A stretch of 64,000 nucleotides of DNA from Podarcis gaigeae (Eukaryota). The stretch lies in assembly GCA_964106915.2 (NCBI GenBank), contig OZ066919.1; one strand, given 5' to 3'. The notes under the pieces were generated by a model. It had not been told where the DNA came from. It saw nothing but the letters and a program-made list of their open reading frames with translations, and did not search any database. This document shows, one piece after another, positions 14,387-27,800 of the stretch; positions within the stretch are counted from its first letter, which is position 1, and every line of letters begins with the position of its first letter. Both the position numbers and the translations under genes were made by a program.

Positions 14387-14792
14387 TAGAATCATAGAAT
14401 CATAGAATAGAATCATAGAATCATAGAGTTGGAAGAGAACACAAGGGCCATCGAGTCCAACCCCCTGCCAAGCAGGAAACACCATCAGAACACTCCTGAC
14501 ATATGGTTGTCAAGCCTCTGCTTAAAGACCTCCAAAGAAGGAGACTCCACCACACTCCTTGGCAGCAAATTCCACTGTTGAACAGCTCTTACTGTCAGGA
14601 AGTTCTTCCTAATGTTTAGGTGGAATCTTCTTTCTTGTAGTTTGGATCCATTGCTCTGTGTCCGCTTCTCTGGAGCAGCAGAAAACAACCTTTCTCCCTC
14701 CTCTATGTGACATCCTTTTATATATTTGAACATGGCTATCATATCACCCCTTAACCTCCTCTTCTCCAGGCTAAACATGCCTAGCTCCCTTA
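14387..14792 (-). mobile_element. CR1 LINE 3' fragment
   Basis: ORF RELGMFSLEKRRLRGDMIAMFKYIKG...FKQRLD is typical of the CR1 ORF2 end; 3' (ATTCTATG)n tail at 14387-14427. Confidence 0.95.
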
Positions 14793-15512
14793 TCCTAATG
14801 ATGTTCATTTGAATTCTTCATAAAACAGAGTGGCAACATAGAAGCAACCTATACAAGGCACTTTTGAGAAACACAAATAGGATATAAGGCAATATTCTGT
14901 AAAGGTAAATTGCTCCAATTCTCAGATTGTGACTTCATTTGAAATTATGAGTATGCCACATAGCTCTGCGGATGTCTTGCAGACAAATCCACCACATTAT
15001 AATATCTAAAATCTTTTTCATGAATACCCAGACATAAAGCCAATCAGAAATTCACATGTGCTCATGCAACAGCTGGCAGCATGATAATGAGCAGTGCACA
15101 CGCACACAAAGGGAAACATGAATGCGCAGACAGCAACACGTAGCCTATAGCATATTCCTTAACAATAGTGTTTATTATTAAGTCTAGATGGAAAACCATG
15201 GGTCTCTGCCCTTTTTATAGATATCTTCCAAAACCAAGCTTGTTTCATTAAAAGAAAAGTTATGCCAATATTTTTTCCTTTGTTTGTTTTAGCAGAACAC
15301 AGTCTAAAGAACCTCATTAAGAGAGAATACATTTCACTTTGGTACTTGTATAATAAGGGCAGAGTGCACATCGTCAGTGAAGAGATGGATGACATTTTCT
15401 CCATGCATGGCATAATTCCTCCATCTGAAGCAGCAGCACGCAAAGGCAGTAAGGCTTGGAATGGAACGTGCCTCCAAAATGCAGCACATTGCGGGGCTGA
15501 ACCCCATCTCAC

Positions 15513-15653
15513 CTGGACTTGTCTGAAAGGTTACGTTCGAGCTGATAGTATCATTCCCTTTGAGAAAAACCCGCACTATGTACTTCTCCCCAGGAGTCAG
15601 GTCAACCAGCTCCAGAAAGCCTTTAGCAGGGGAAGATTTCACTGTTTTGTTAC
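15513..15653 (-). CDS. NFASC: NFASC alternative exon, FN5 C-half (SNKTVKSSPAKGFLELVDLTPGEKYIVRVFLKGNDTISSNVTFQTSP)
   Basis: ttctcag| ... |gtgaga, 141 nt, phase 1-1; FNIII L-x-P-G-x-x-Y-x-V-R-V motif. Confidence 0.9.
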
Positions 15654-17494
15654 CTGAGAAACAGAAACTTCATATCAAAGGCAGCTAGCAGGAAATGCAG
15701 ATTACTCTGTAGGCAAACATCTCTAATGCCAGGTCCAGCTACTGACTCGACACATGTCCCTGCCGATGACACCACTGACTAACACAGAGTGAACACCCAG
15801 AGTTTTTGGCACCATCAGTTCAAAGTTGAAGGGCTCGTTTACAGAAGCTCACTCCACTTGTATGTAGGAGAATTATATTTTCCAGACACCATTTAATCTA
15901 ACGGAGCACCTGCTTTGGCATCGTAAGGCAGCCAGCAACCAGATGGAAGCTTATCACATTACTGGTTCAGCGATTTTGCATAAAACTAGAAGTGTGGGGG
16001 GGGACAACCAGAAAAAGAGGGAAGACTTTGTACAGCCATCTCTGGGAAATTCTTACTTGGAACAGAAAGCGACTGGCATAGGCTTTTTGCAACTCGCAAG
16101 TGCCAGATGTGCCGAATCAGTAATAACAGCAACTCTTTCTCTGGCAGCATGCTTCTGATGCACTAGAACTGCCTTTTCTGAATTAACCTCAACACATTTT
16201 GCAAAATATGTAGAAAAAGTCACTTCTAAACTCTTATTAAGAGCATGCACACAACGTCAAATTATATTAAAGGTACACTGCTAAAAGCATTCAAACATAA
16301 AGTGAATAAAAAAGAACCCTGTTTGCAAACTCCAATGTAGATACCCTATGAAACTGCAAGTATTCCAATACTTCAGGAGTTTTGGAAGTGCTTGGATGCT
16401 GTGTTAACTTAACCTTAGCAAATCATTAGGCATGGAAGTCCCTAATCGGCAATGTTACAGACGTGTATGAATCTACAAATATACTTTTGCTAGCAATGGC
16501 TAGGTTAATGAGAGCACCAGGCCTGAGAATTGAAATCACTGGAGTCCTTTAAAGAAAATCTAAGCAGCTGGTTTTGACAAACCTAATTTATCAAAGTACT
16601 ACAAAACTGGAAGCATGAAAAGCTTCCCAAAGAAAAGAAGATTCCCTTTCCCACTCTGTGACAATGCAGCAGCCAGCTGAGGAATACACAGGAATCCTCC
16701 AAATATCCACACAATGGGTCTTACATTGACTGCTTACTATTTAATCATGCTAGATGCAAATTCCTAAAGGGCCAGTTCTTGATTACTTAATTTAAAAATC
16801 TAAACACAATACTGTATTGATAATTTTATGGAACCAACACCTAGAACAGGACTTGGCCCAGCAAACTAAAACCAAGGAAAGCAGGTTTAGGGCACATATA
16901 TAACTTGCCCCCAAAGTTATAAGGTTGACAGTCAATGTTTAATTCTTTGACCAGCACATAACCACTTAAAAACTGCAGGTAGCATGCCAGCAGGAAGTAG
17001 AGTGAGGTATGAATGGCTTGAAAACAAAATTTATGTAGATAACTAATTATAAATCTCCAACTAAAACAAAATGTGAGCATTACTATTAACCCCCAAATTA
17101 TTTGCTATAGAGGGGATCTATAGATTTTTGTATCTATTTCTGCTTCATTCTACGGCACTTACAGCCATCACAGATTCACTTAGGGCAGTGTTTTTTAAAA
17201 ACAGGTCCTTTTTAGGATGTGTTATTCTGAATCCTCCACTGAAAGGAGTCGGCAGTTATTGTGTTTAAGAGAACAGCAACATAAAACACAGTGTCAATAT
17301 AATCTGCAGGACAAGTTAAATGGCATGCCTTTGGTCCCCCCCCCCAAAAAAAAATCCTCCATGCACAAATTAAGCAGTACGATTAGTTACACTATAATGA
17401 ACATTGCATGAAAGGTCCATTAAACCTCTGAGAGATGACAGAATCTCTGGTGACATTAAGGACCCTGCAGAATTCTCGAGCTCCCAATGCTTAC

Positions 17495-17614
17495 TGTTGA
17501 TATACTCAACCACAAACTCAGTTTCAGGATCAAATGTGTGGTTCCAGGTGATGTTTGCCCAGTTACTGTTAGGTGAAGCTTTTACATCCCAGATAGGCTG
17601 CTTTGCACCACCAG
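17495..17614 (-). CDS. NFASC: NFASC alternative exon, FN5 N-half ([40 protein letters not shown])
   Basis: TACTAAC-type branch point, ttcgccag| ... |gtaagc, 120 nt, phase 1-1; matches human PNSKWANITW...FVVEYID. Confidence 0.92.
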
Positions 17615-17989
17615 CTGGCGAACAGGTTAGAACAGAGGTTAGTAAACTGGATTATGAACAGAGAGATGCATTCTAACTGCATGCCCAGATTTAAATGAAT
17701 TGTTTTCCTTAGAAGGAAATGCAGAACATCCTCCTCCTCCCCACCCCCCCAGGTATAGCACACAACAGACTGTGGATGCTTCAACATTACCTCACATAAC
17801 ACAAACAAAAAACATTGCAAAGCCATTTCAATTCATACGTCACTTTAGTAATGAAAAGAACTTTTTTGGGGGGTATATCTAAATATATCCTTTGCAACAG
17901 CAAGGTTTGCATATAAATTACATATTAAAATGTACACCTGGATATATGCCCATGCTAATACTCTCTTCAGCCATAGCCATTTTCTGGTG

Positions 17990-18093
17990 CAGCCTTGAAC
18001 AACCTGGTGCCCCCTAGATGTTTTGAACTACTACCAAAGGTGATGGGAGTTGTAGTCCAAAACATCTAGAGGGCACCAGGTTGGTGAAGGTTG
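17990..18093. mobile_element. Palindromic hAT-type MITE (internally deleted)
   Basis: Arms CAACCTGGTGCCC..TAGATGTTTTG / CAAAACATCTAG..GGGCACCAGGTTG. Confidence 0.7.
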
Positions 18094-18674
18094 TCGTTGC
18101 ACCAGCAAATTGAGAGGTACAGCATTTTCAAAATGGCCAACGATAGAGACATCAATCTTTCTGCCAAATTATCTTGGAAGAAAGATAATGGCCCTAGATG
18201 GACGTCATGTGTCCATACATCTATAAGAGAACAAATCACCTTAGGAATTTTAGTACCACAAACTAATGAGCCACTTGCCTGTCAAAAGCAACACTCTACA
18301 GGGCAGGGTCAACTCAGCTGCCTAATTCTTACGGTGCAGAAGGTTACGTTCCCAGCACTTATGCCAATTCCTACTTTGCAGGATTATAGAAATCCCACAT
18401 AGCAGCTCCTGATGGTCTATGTAACTAGACAGGCAGAGATTTGTTAATGATGATCTGTTTCAACATTGCACCAAACCAAGGTGAAATTCATTGCCAATTC
18501 TCACTGTTTTAAAATTGAGAAAATACTGGAAAGCAAAATATTCTTGTCACTATTCTGGATAGTGGGTAACAGAATTAGCTGTTTTTAGGTCAAGTTAGTT
18601 TGTTTGTGACAACATCAGTTTAACTAGCTTCAATCCATTAGTTTAGAAACTGTGACTACTGCATTAGGCTTCAA

Positions 18675-18778
18675 GTCTATACATACTTACCTGGGAGTAA
18701 GTCCCACTGAATTCAGTTGGAGTAAGTCCCATTGAACTCAGTGGGACTTACTTCTGAATAGACACGCAGAGAATTGTT
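18675..18778. repeat. Short palindromic squamate interspersed repeat (relatives near 8480, 27950, 37260)
   Basis: GTAAGTCCCACTGA / TCAGTGGGACTTAC hairpin, with an internal duplication of GGAGTAAGTCCCA. Confidence 0.6.
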
Positions 18779-20005
18779 CTATTAGTTATTATAACATGAT
18801 AAAGTGAAACCAATTCAATATATCTTTGACATGAGAGCACATTCTTCAACAATACAGCTACTTTATGACTTAGAAAATGACAGTTTCCTCCTCAGCTATA
18901 CTTTTACATCTTTACAAAAAGCTATTTCTAACAATAACAGTTCAGTTTTAAAAATGTCTATAATTTCATATCTTGATCCATCAATTACCACTGCATGCTC
19001 ATTCATGCAACATTTAGTTTTGAGCCACAGCTGAGAAATCCTTGCATCAATAAATTGCAAGCCAGGCACCAAGTTCATATGCCTGTGCTTAGAATATACA
19101 TGAGCATTCCCATTGACTCCAATGAGACTCCATGCATGCAAGAAATTTGAAGCTGGGCTTAATCAGAACTACTTGAGTTTGCTTTAACTTCTCTTCAGGA
19201 GTATAAATTTACTGCAAACCATGAGATACTACATGATTGTGGTTTTTTTTTTTTTTTTAAAGTGGCTAAGCAAAATGAGGCATTGTGCCCCAGTGGTCAG
19301 TCAAAGACCTTTTTCTGGATGTGTTCCTATTTCAGATTGAGGTATTTATATGCAGTAGATGTGGACTTGGTTAAATATCTGTTCCAGTAAGTTTGACACA
19401 TGTTGCATTTTTCATACAGGGCAACCAAATATTTGCATAGTGAACGTTTGGATGTGCACATCATTTGTTGGTAGGGACCTAGCATGATCTCTCTGCAGCA
19501 ACTCTAAGAAGCAGTTCTCTTATGTAAAGATTTTTTTTAACACTGAAAAGCATCATATGGTATTTGCCAAGTCCCATAATGAAACAGATGAATTAATTAA
19601 TGCAACCACTGCTTTTACTACATTGTAGGGATGACAGCCAATTTAGCCCACTATATTTTGTTATAGTGTATTTGCTGTAGCTGCTTATCCTAGCCTACAG
19701 AAAGCAAGGAAAACTCTTGTGTTATACATGTGCATAAACAAAGCTGACCTGTCTCTCTGAAGAGCAAATTAATCTAAAGTAACTTTATCACGACAACATA
19801 CTGAGACCTTGAATGCACAACCCAGGGATTACTTTTCATTTGCTGCTAATCTTTTATCACAGCACTGAGTAACTCTACGTGTTGGATGGTTTTCAAAGCA
19901 ACCATACCTTGATGTTAAGCCTGAATTACAGGCTTAAAAAACCCCTGACAAGATCCAGGTATGGATTGGACGACTAATAGAAAAGGAAAGATGAAAACAC
20001 AGTAC

Positions 20006-20230
20006 CAGAATCCTCTACTGGGATACCTATTGTGCTAGCAATAATTGTGGTGATGGCTGCTTCTGTGGTGGTTGGAGCTTCTGTGGTGGTTGGAGCTTCG
20101 GTAGTGGTTGGAGCTTCTGTGGTCGTGGTTGTGGTAGTAGCTTCTGTGGTGGTTGTGATAGTAGTAGCTTCTGTGGTGGTTGTGGTGGCCACAATGGTAG
20201 TAGGGCTGATGGTTGTTGGAGAGATTACAA
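20006..20230 (-). CDS. NFASC: NFASC alternative mucin-like PAT exon (VVISPTTISPTTIVATTTTTEA...EAPTTT x3...IPVEDS), NF186-type
   Basis: cttctcccag| ... |gtactg, 225 nt, phase 1-1; Pro/Ala/Thr-rich; in frame with ORF 19974..20192. Confidence 0.9.
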
Positions 20231-20348
20231 CTGGGAGAAGGAAGTGTAAAAACTACATTTTGAAAAGTATTTAGATTTTCCACTTCTTTGGCTTTGTCAT
20301 TCCCTGAAGCTAGGCGCGCATGCAAGATATGGCAAAGTGGATCAAGTC

Positions 20349-20393
20349 ACACACACACACAAACAAACAAACAAACAAACAAACAAACAAACA
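20349..20393 (+). repeat. Compound (CA)n(AAAC)n microsatellite upstream of the PAT exon
   Basis: Direct reading. Confidence 0.9.
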
Positions 20394-21239
20394 CAAAACA
20401 TACAATTGAGGGGCAAAAAGAACGAAGCCATCTGCAAAGAGGACAACAAAGCCTGAGTTTCACTTTCTTTCCTCGGCACACTTTTGACTAACAACAGTTA
20501 ATGCAATTCAGCTGCAGAGTGGGCAGGTGTGGGAGAGTCCTGGAATCCGTCAAATAAAGGCGCATGCAAAACCTTCTGTAGGCAAGTGCACTGTAAACAT
20601 ATGGGCAAAGCAGCAGAAAGTGGGAGGCATTGGCTTAAAACAAATAGTTGCCCACAAACATGCTATTTGTTTTTAGGTTCCATTCACTGACTTGGTTGTG
20701 AGAGCATTAGGGCACTCCAGCCCCTGCGGACAGCAAATATAGGCTTAACTGGATTGAAAAGCAAGAAAATGCATACATATCTCTGTGAGAGAACATGAGA
20801 ATGGGCCTGACTCCTCAAAATGAAGCAACTTGTATGATACAGCAAGTAAAGTTTTCCTCCCTCGACACTGAAATAGGAAACTTCAAGAAACAATGCAGAA
20901 CAAGAAACTGTAATTCAGCCTTTTAACGTTAAGACATGTGGAAACCACAAACAATGAACTTAACTTCTAAGTGGTTTTCACCATTCTAAAGCTACTATGT
21001 TTAAAACATAGCTATTTTAAGACTCAGTAGGTTGCCAAATAATACATCTAAAGAAAATACATAATACAGTTTCACGTGTGAATGCACTTATAATGTGATC
21101 CTGTATATATCTGGGCCTTACTCCCAGGTAAACTGATCACAGCTTTAGCTCATGAACATGTGTTTGCTTTTCAAACATATGTAAGAATTAAATATAAATA
21201 GCCTTTATGTATGCCCCTGAATATTTCTGATATTTCCTA

Positions 21240-21480
21240 TGGTGGCTTCCTGCTTCTGGAATACTCTCCCCAGGGAGTTCACCTGGAACCTTCGTTACCT
21301 ATCTTTAGTGGCCAGGCAAAAACGTTCCTATTCACCCAAGTCTTTGGCTAATTAAACAATCTATGGCCTTTTAAAGTGTGTATGGGGTAGTTATTCTTTT
21401 TGTATGTATTTTCGTTTTTTTTATTGTGAACCACCCTGTGATCTTTGGATGAAGGACGGTATAGAAATTTTATAAATAAG
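21240..21480 (+). mobile_element. Old L2-type LINE 3' end
   Basis: ...TGTGAACCACCCTGTGATCTTTGGATGAAGGACGGTATAGAAAT terminal stem-loop motif. Confidence 0.6.
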
Positions 21481-21540
21481 AGCAATAAGAGTAAGAACTC
21501 TTATACAGGTGGGACTTAGCTCAGGGTTAAAATACTAAAG

Positions 21541-21871
21541 GGACGCGGGTGGCACTGTGGGTTAAACCACAGTGCCTAGGGCTTGCCAATCAGAAGGTCG
21601 GCAGTTTGAATCCCTGCGACGGGGTGAGCTCCCGTTGCTCGGTCCCTGTTCCTGCCAACCTAGCAGTTTGAAAGCACGAAGTGCAAGTAGATAAATAGGT
21701 ACCGCTCCGGTATGATGGCATTTCCGTGCACTGCTCTGGTTCGCCAGAAGCGGGTTAGTCATGCTGGTCACATGACCCGGAAGCTCCCTCGGCCAATAAA
21801 GCGAGCTGAGCACCGCAACCCCAGAGTCGTCCGCGACTGGACCTAATGGTCAGTGGTCCCTTTACCTTTAC
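21541..21871 (+). mobile_element. Sauria SINE (Squam1), near full length
   Basis: GGACGCGGGTGGC head, (ACCTTT)n tail, 14-bp TSD TTAAAATACTAAAG (21527-21540 / 21872-21885). Confidence 0.93.
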
Positions 21872-24790
21872 TTAAAATACTAAAGTAGCGAAGGGAAGAA
21901 GATTGTCCCATTTCTGCCAAATCAAAAGGTTTTCCATATTCTTCAAAATCACTAGGTTTTGATAATTTTTTGGCAGGAAGCATATTGTGCTAAATGGGGC
22001 ATTGGCAAGGTAAATCCTATTCTCTTAAAAATGACAGAATTTGGCCTTAAGCAGGCAAGTCACCTTTAAACAGACAATTAGATTTTAAAACTCTTAGCAA
22101 AATAGAATGATCCAATTTGTTGTGGACCAGGCAGAGCAAAAATTAAATTAACACTGCACACCCTGAACTGTAGCAAAGGCATTTCTCAGTTGACAGCTTT
22201 CTGACAATAGAATTTTGTGCAGATCATACATTTTCCCTACTTTTAAGCTCTGAAGCAACATGAAATACTTATCACAGATTCTCACACCTTGCAAATTTCA
22301 AATTATTTATTTTAAATGAGGTTGGACTTCAAATTGAAGCCCATTCCCACACTCCAATCCCCATATTGTGTCAGTTAAAAAACCCAACAACCCTAGTTTT
22401 TGTAGAATCACACACACATGCTGTAAAATATATATACCATAATTGTAATGTTAGTCTGTAGATAAGGAACAGTTTTAAGCTGATCTGCTTACTACAGCAT
22501 CAGTGCTGTATACTTGCTCTGTCTGTTTAAGATTTTTGGCAGAGCAAGCTGAAAATGGAATTTAAGGCATTTTTAGTCTTCCCTGAATTCTCCCGGGGGG
22601 TCAGGACCTGAATCCCAAAAAGGATATGAATAGGAAGAGAAATAGTGCTTTTGGTTAATAACATTGTAAATGGACTCTTTGTTAGTGAATTCTAGATGAA
22701 ATAAGATGGTCTGGGTTAAGACCAGAGGTCAGGCTACATTATGAAAATGGACCTTCCTAACTGCAGAAAGTCTTACTAGCCATTTTGGCTTTGTTATATT
22801 GCTCTCTCTGCAAAATGTCTCTGAAAACTCTTGGCTGGTTTGCTGTAATACAGATTGCTTCTGAAATTTAAACACATGGTAGAAAGTAGCTCAGCTACTG
22901 GGTACTGCTCTACCTATAAAACCTGCTGCACACTCTGATGGCTTTTGTTTGTTTTTGTAAAAATTAATATCAGAATATTTAATGCTGGAACTTTAAATAT
23001 GGCCCACTTAGTGATCTAATCCTACAGAATACTAGGTTTTGTCACTCTCATAATGTGGAAAGATTACAGCTGCAAGCTTCAATCAACTAACCCAGGGATG
23101 TGAAATCAGCTAAAGCTTTAATGACAAACTAAAAATCTGCACAATTAATCAGCTGGGCCAACAAGAAACAGACATCTCACATGGGAAGTCGTGAATGCTT
23201 CAATAATGTGCAACATACCAGTTCTCTCCTCCCTTCACTAATTTGGACTAAACAGAATTTGTCCCCCCCCCCCCCATTCTCATTCCAGTTTCTATCTGGG
23301 AGGCAAACTATAGCTTCCAAGGAACAAACCGCTAACAGTGCTCAATTGAAATCAGTGGGCAGGATTCACCTAACCAACCCCATCAGCAGAAGCCCTGTGT
23401 AAGGGCTTCCACTTGCACAATGGGGCTTCCTTCCCCCTTCCAAGGTTCCCCCCCCAAAAAAAAAAAATTGGTTGGGGTTTTTACCTCAGAAGAAGCCCCA
23501 GAATAGTGCCTCGGGGGAGAAGACCAGGCAGGGGGAAGAGGGAGCCCGACTGCACATTGAATTCCACTCAGTATGTCTTTTAAACCTAGATCTTGCATAA
23601 AACTGATAGGCCGTGAACTTAAGGTTTTCCCCTAAGCCGTTTTGTTTCTGATGACTTGCTGCAATTGGGAAAATTCCATATTCTCAATTTCCTGTTTTTA
23701 AAAAATGAATGCCAAACTGGTGGGCTTTTAATTCTAAACGATGTAACGTAGCTTTCATTTGTTATACTTCCAAACTCTCCACACATGACTGAAAGTGTCC
23801 TTTTCCTTCACCCCAAGTCTGACTTCCCAGTCACAAGAAGCCAAGCAAGGCTTTAAATCTTGAGGATTTCATTGTTGTTAACAGTCTTGCCATCCCTCAA
23901 AGTTCACTATATATAATGAGTTGGCTTAAGTGCCCCTTTTATCATCTAGCTTTCGACCTCCTCTGGGTCCATGAGGGTCAGACACTTGATATTCTCCAAC
24001 AGAGCGAGGGTTGGAGAATTACTCCAGCATTAAAACGAAAACACACGTTCTCATGAATTTCTATAACAAATGAGGTTTGGAGTGAAAGATTAATTAAATA
24101 CACTTGAGATAATCACAAAAGCTGTCTGGACTACAAATGGCTCCCCTGCTGCAGAAGAACCAAGATATGCCCCCCCCCCCAAGCACTTGCAGGTTCACTG
24201 AGGTGGACACACATATGTTTTTTTGTCTTTGAAGGAGCTTGAACAAAAGATGCATGACACCAAAAGAGAACCAGTACATAAAATCAGAGACCAATGAAAA
24301 TCATCACACTATACAGGTAATCTTCCTGCTGCTTTTGTCCAACAACATAATAGGTGTAAAAGAAATGAAGACACCAAGCAGCCAACAATACTATCTATAT
24401 TGCAGGATCTTCATGATAAACTAAGTGTTCAATTCAACATCACAGCAGATGCCACAGCGATAGCATTTCATACCTTCATGCAAAAGCACAGCAAATGAAA
24501 TAAAGTCACTTTAAAGTGTGTAAGATTTGTCAAACAACACTGAAGAAAAACCCAGAGAAAGTGCATTATATAACCAAGGAACTCAAGCTTAGGAAAACTA
24601 GCATGTATACTTTATAGAATATGACAGAGGGGAAGTGGAAGAGTCTGAGTTCTCTTAGGGCCTTTCTGCACTTACCATTATAGTGGTAGAGTTGTTAGGT
24701 TTGGGGCACTTTTTGGCTACACAACATTGGCATTATTCAGCTAGTATTCTGGAATAATGTACTAAAGAAGCTGCCTTTTCTTGTGCTGCC

Positions 24791-24793
24791 AAA

Positions 24794-24832
<39 letters not shown>

Positions 24833-24833
24833 A
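24791..24833 (+). repeat. (AAAT)n microsatellite
   Basis: About 10 perfect units. Confidence 0.95.
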
Positions 24834-27800
24834 CACACACTGACTCAGGAAAGATCCAAAATGGATCTTTGTGTGACAAGCATCCTCCTATTTTCTGTGT
24901 GGAGGGTTGGTGGATGTTGTTTGGGAGGAATCTGTTTCCCAACACTTCCATCTGATGGGTGCAAGCAGCTCAGAGGAGAGCTTTGGCCAATGCAGAGTCC
25001 AAGTCAAAGTACTGTCCTGTCAGCAATCATTAGCTGCATGCAAAATTTCATTGCAGCAACTAGGTTTGCAGTAGCTCAGGCAAACACATAATTCCTCTTC
25101 TAGTCTCCTAGACAACCACAAAATTACAATTCTGGAATACTAGGCATTAAATACGCTGCCCTGAAAAAGAAATCCAGGAAAGGGCTACCCATGCCTAGAA
25201 TGCCAACATTTTCTGGCTGAAGGAACACGAGGGTGTGACTACAGCCATAGCACAATTCTCACTTCGGTGCAACCTTTACTTTTTTGTGGAGAAAAGCAGC
25301 AGCCCTTAATCTTTATTAGGAATTAATTTGTTACTGAACTCCCTTCCTGAAGCTTCTGATTTCACTCACCATTTCAAACTGCATTCAGCTTTTCACCTGG
25401 CATGTTTCCTTAGATGTAAAAAAGTTATTTCCTGCAATTCCTAGAACTTTCTGTGGCCTAAGGTGCCATTATATATTGTTCACCGGAGCTAGTCTTCTTT
25501 AACTGGGTCTCCAACAGCAGTCACACAAAGTACTTAGTACAAAAAGCAGGTCCACCAAAATGATTATCTTGGGGCAGCACAATTGCATTGTATAGCATAA
25601 CTACGGCAACCATTGCTGAATGTTTATTTTAAAAGAGGGTGGGGAATCAAGCCCTGCTGTCATAAAGATAAAGCTGCAAAAAAAATGTCCAATCTTTGGG
25701 CTTCATGTCTGGATGGATATGAAGTTAGATTAACAGATGCTGGCAGGTTCCCTGCTGTGGCAATAGGAAGAGAAAGAACTAAACTGGCCAGATGGAGGAA
25801 GATGGAAGCAAAGTGTAGCACTGGAGAGTGGTTGTGTGGATTTAGTCCTAATCCTAATAAAGGTATTCCTTCATTTGCTTCTGAATATTAAACACATGAC
25901 AGAAAGAAGCTCAGCTGCTGGGTACTGAAGGGCGAAGGAGGGGACTGTCTTCTCATTTGAAATCCAACCCTTTAATGAGAGTGCACTGCGGGCTTAAAGA
26001 TAAAGGGAGCCTTTGATCAGAAGCAGAGCCTTGCTGCATATGAGGAGTGACAAAGACATACTGTGAAGGGCAATGGACACTTGGGCAGCCATCTAAGGGA
26101 GTTGTGCAAGCACACAGTGTGTGGTGCTGGAAGCAGCATCTGAGCCATAACCCTCCTTGTGTCACAATGAGGACTTCAGGACTTTGAAGCCCTGTCCCTC
26201 TTCTAACGCACTTGGGTAACGTTACTGTTATCAGCCCACATGGGAGATGGAAACCTTGAAAACATACTAAAAGGAAAAATCTGATTTTAAGATAGATCCC
26301 ACTAAGGTTACTATTTTGGCAGCAGAATGCTGCATAAAAGACAATGGCCATTCAGCCACGTTAAGGTCCCAACAGATAGTCATGGCCAAGGTATTTCAGC
26401 TGTTTTTTAAGGACATCAAATGTGGGTTTGGTTTTGAAGGTGCTGTCAGCTGAAACCGCTGGCTTGCTTGCCTTTGACTATCAAAACCTGACGTTTAATA
26501 CATCCATCTGTCATTTGCTTAAACCTGCATTTTTAGCTGTATGGTAAAACTGTGTCAATGCTGGAATAACATTGAATTTCTGTCCATCAATCCTATTAAG
26601 GGTCCATAAATTGGCCTTGCTGAACCTGGTGGCCATCAGATTTATATATATGTTTACTACAATTCCCATCAGGTGCTGTCAGTACAGCATCAGGTTTAGG
26701 AAGGGTGTCATGGAGCAAGTTTGCTATCCAGTGCTCTAACCACTATTGGGCACAATTTACCCTTCAGCAAGGATTAACTTCGGAAAGGAGTGACAATTAT
26801 TTGCTGGAACCGTGCACTTCCCTTGATGCGAGTGATGCAGATAAAACAAGTGCACTAGAGGCAGGCTTTTCTTACACAATTTATAGAACAGCATGTCTGG
26901 GCTTATTTCCTTGGTATGTTCCGTGAGACTGTGTTTAATTGCTATGGTGTAAGAGTCAGTGAAAGCAGGCTAAAACACACAGATGTGCAGCTTTCTAGCT
27001 GATTAGCTAAAAGTAAATGAAACCAAGAGACCCTCACTAAGTAATGATTTTCCCCAGAGTAAAGGGCTCCACTTATGTTCATAGTCTCAACCTCTATACC
27101 CAGATACAAATGCTGCCTGCTTTCATTAGCAGAGACGAGAACGCAGAATTTGAGGCTCTGCCTAATTAAATTGAGTGTATTATTACTGAGCCTGCTTCGA
27201 CAAATATGCAGGCTGAATGGGGAAGGTGGGGAATCTGCATGCAGAAAGAGATACATATCTATATTTCACAGATATATATTGCATTCTTACTGATCACCGA
27301 AACTTCAATTTGATGCGAAGGAGGACAATGCTCATGTACCTAGAATAGCTGGAATGAAGAAGGAATTTTAACAGGTACAGGTCGTTAGGGAGGGGTAAGA
27401 AAAGCTGTAGCTGATGAGCCTCTTCAATACAAGTTATTTAATACAGGAGGCCTGACCTTTATATGTAGTCATTCTATCTGTGATGGATAAGAGGAAGGGA
27501 AAATCAAGACAACACGCTGAGGCTTAAAAGCTGCAGAAATGCAAGGAGCAAAGTCTGAGAGCAAGGTTGTTCTAGATAATTGGAGGATGACCTCTATTTG
27601 CCAGAACAGCAAGCAATAGGTACACAGAGCACAATTTCCTATGGTAGTGAGATAACCACATATATTCCTTATTTAAACCAATACACATGGTAATCAGTAT
27701 GTTAATAACTTCTAATTCAGCAGGTTTTGTTTTGTTTTGTTGTCCAGTCCCCTTAACATTTTTTCTAAAATTAAATGTAGCACTTTAAAGGCTCAAGGTA

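Noticed and set aside
14485-14808. 107-aa ORF as a host gene
   Set aside because: It is the CR1 ORF2 C-terminus.
20032-20325. Val-rich (+) and His-rich (-) ORFs
   Set aside because: Alternative frames of the PAT coding repeat.
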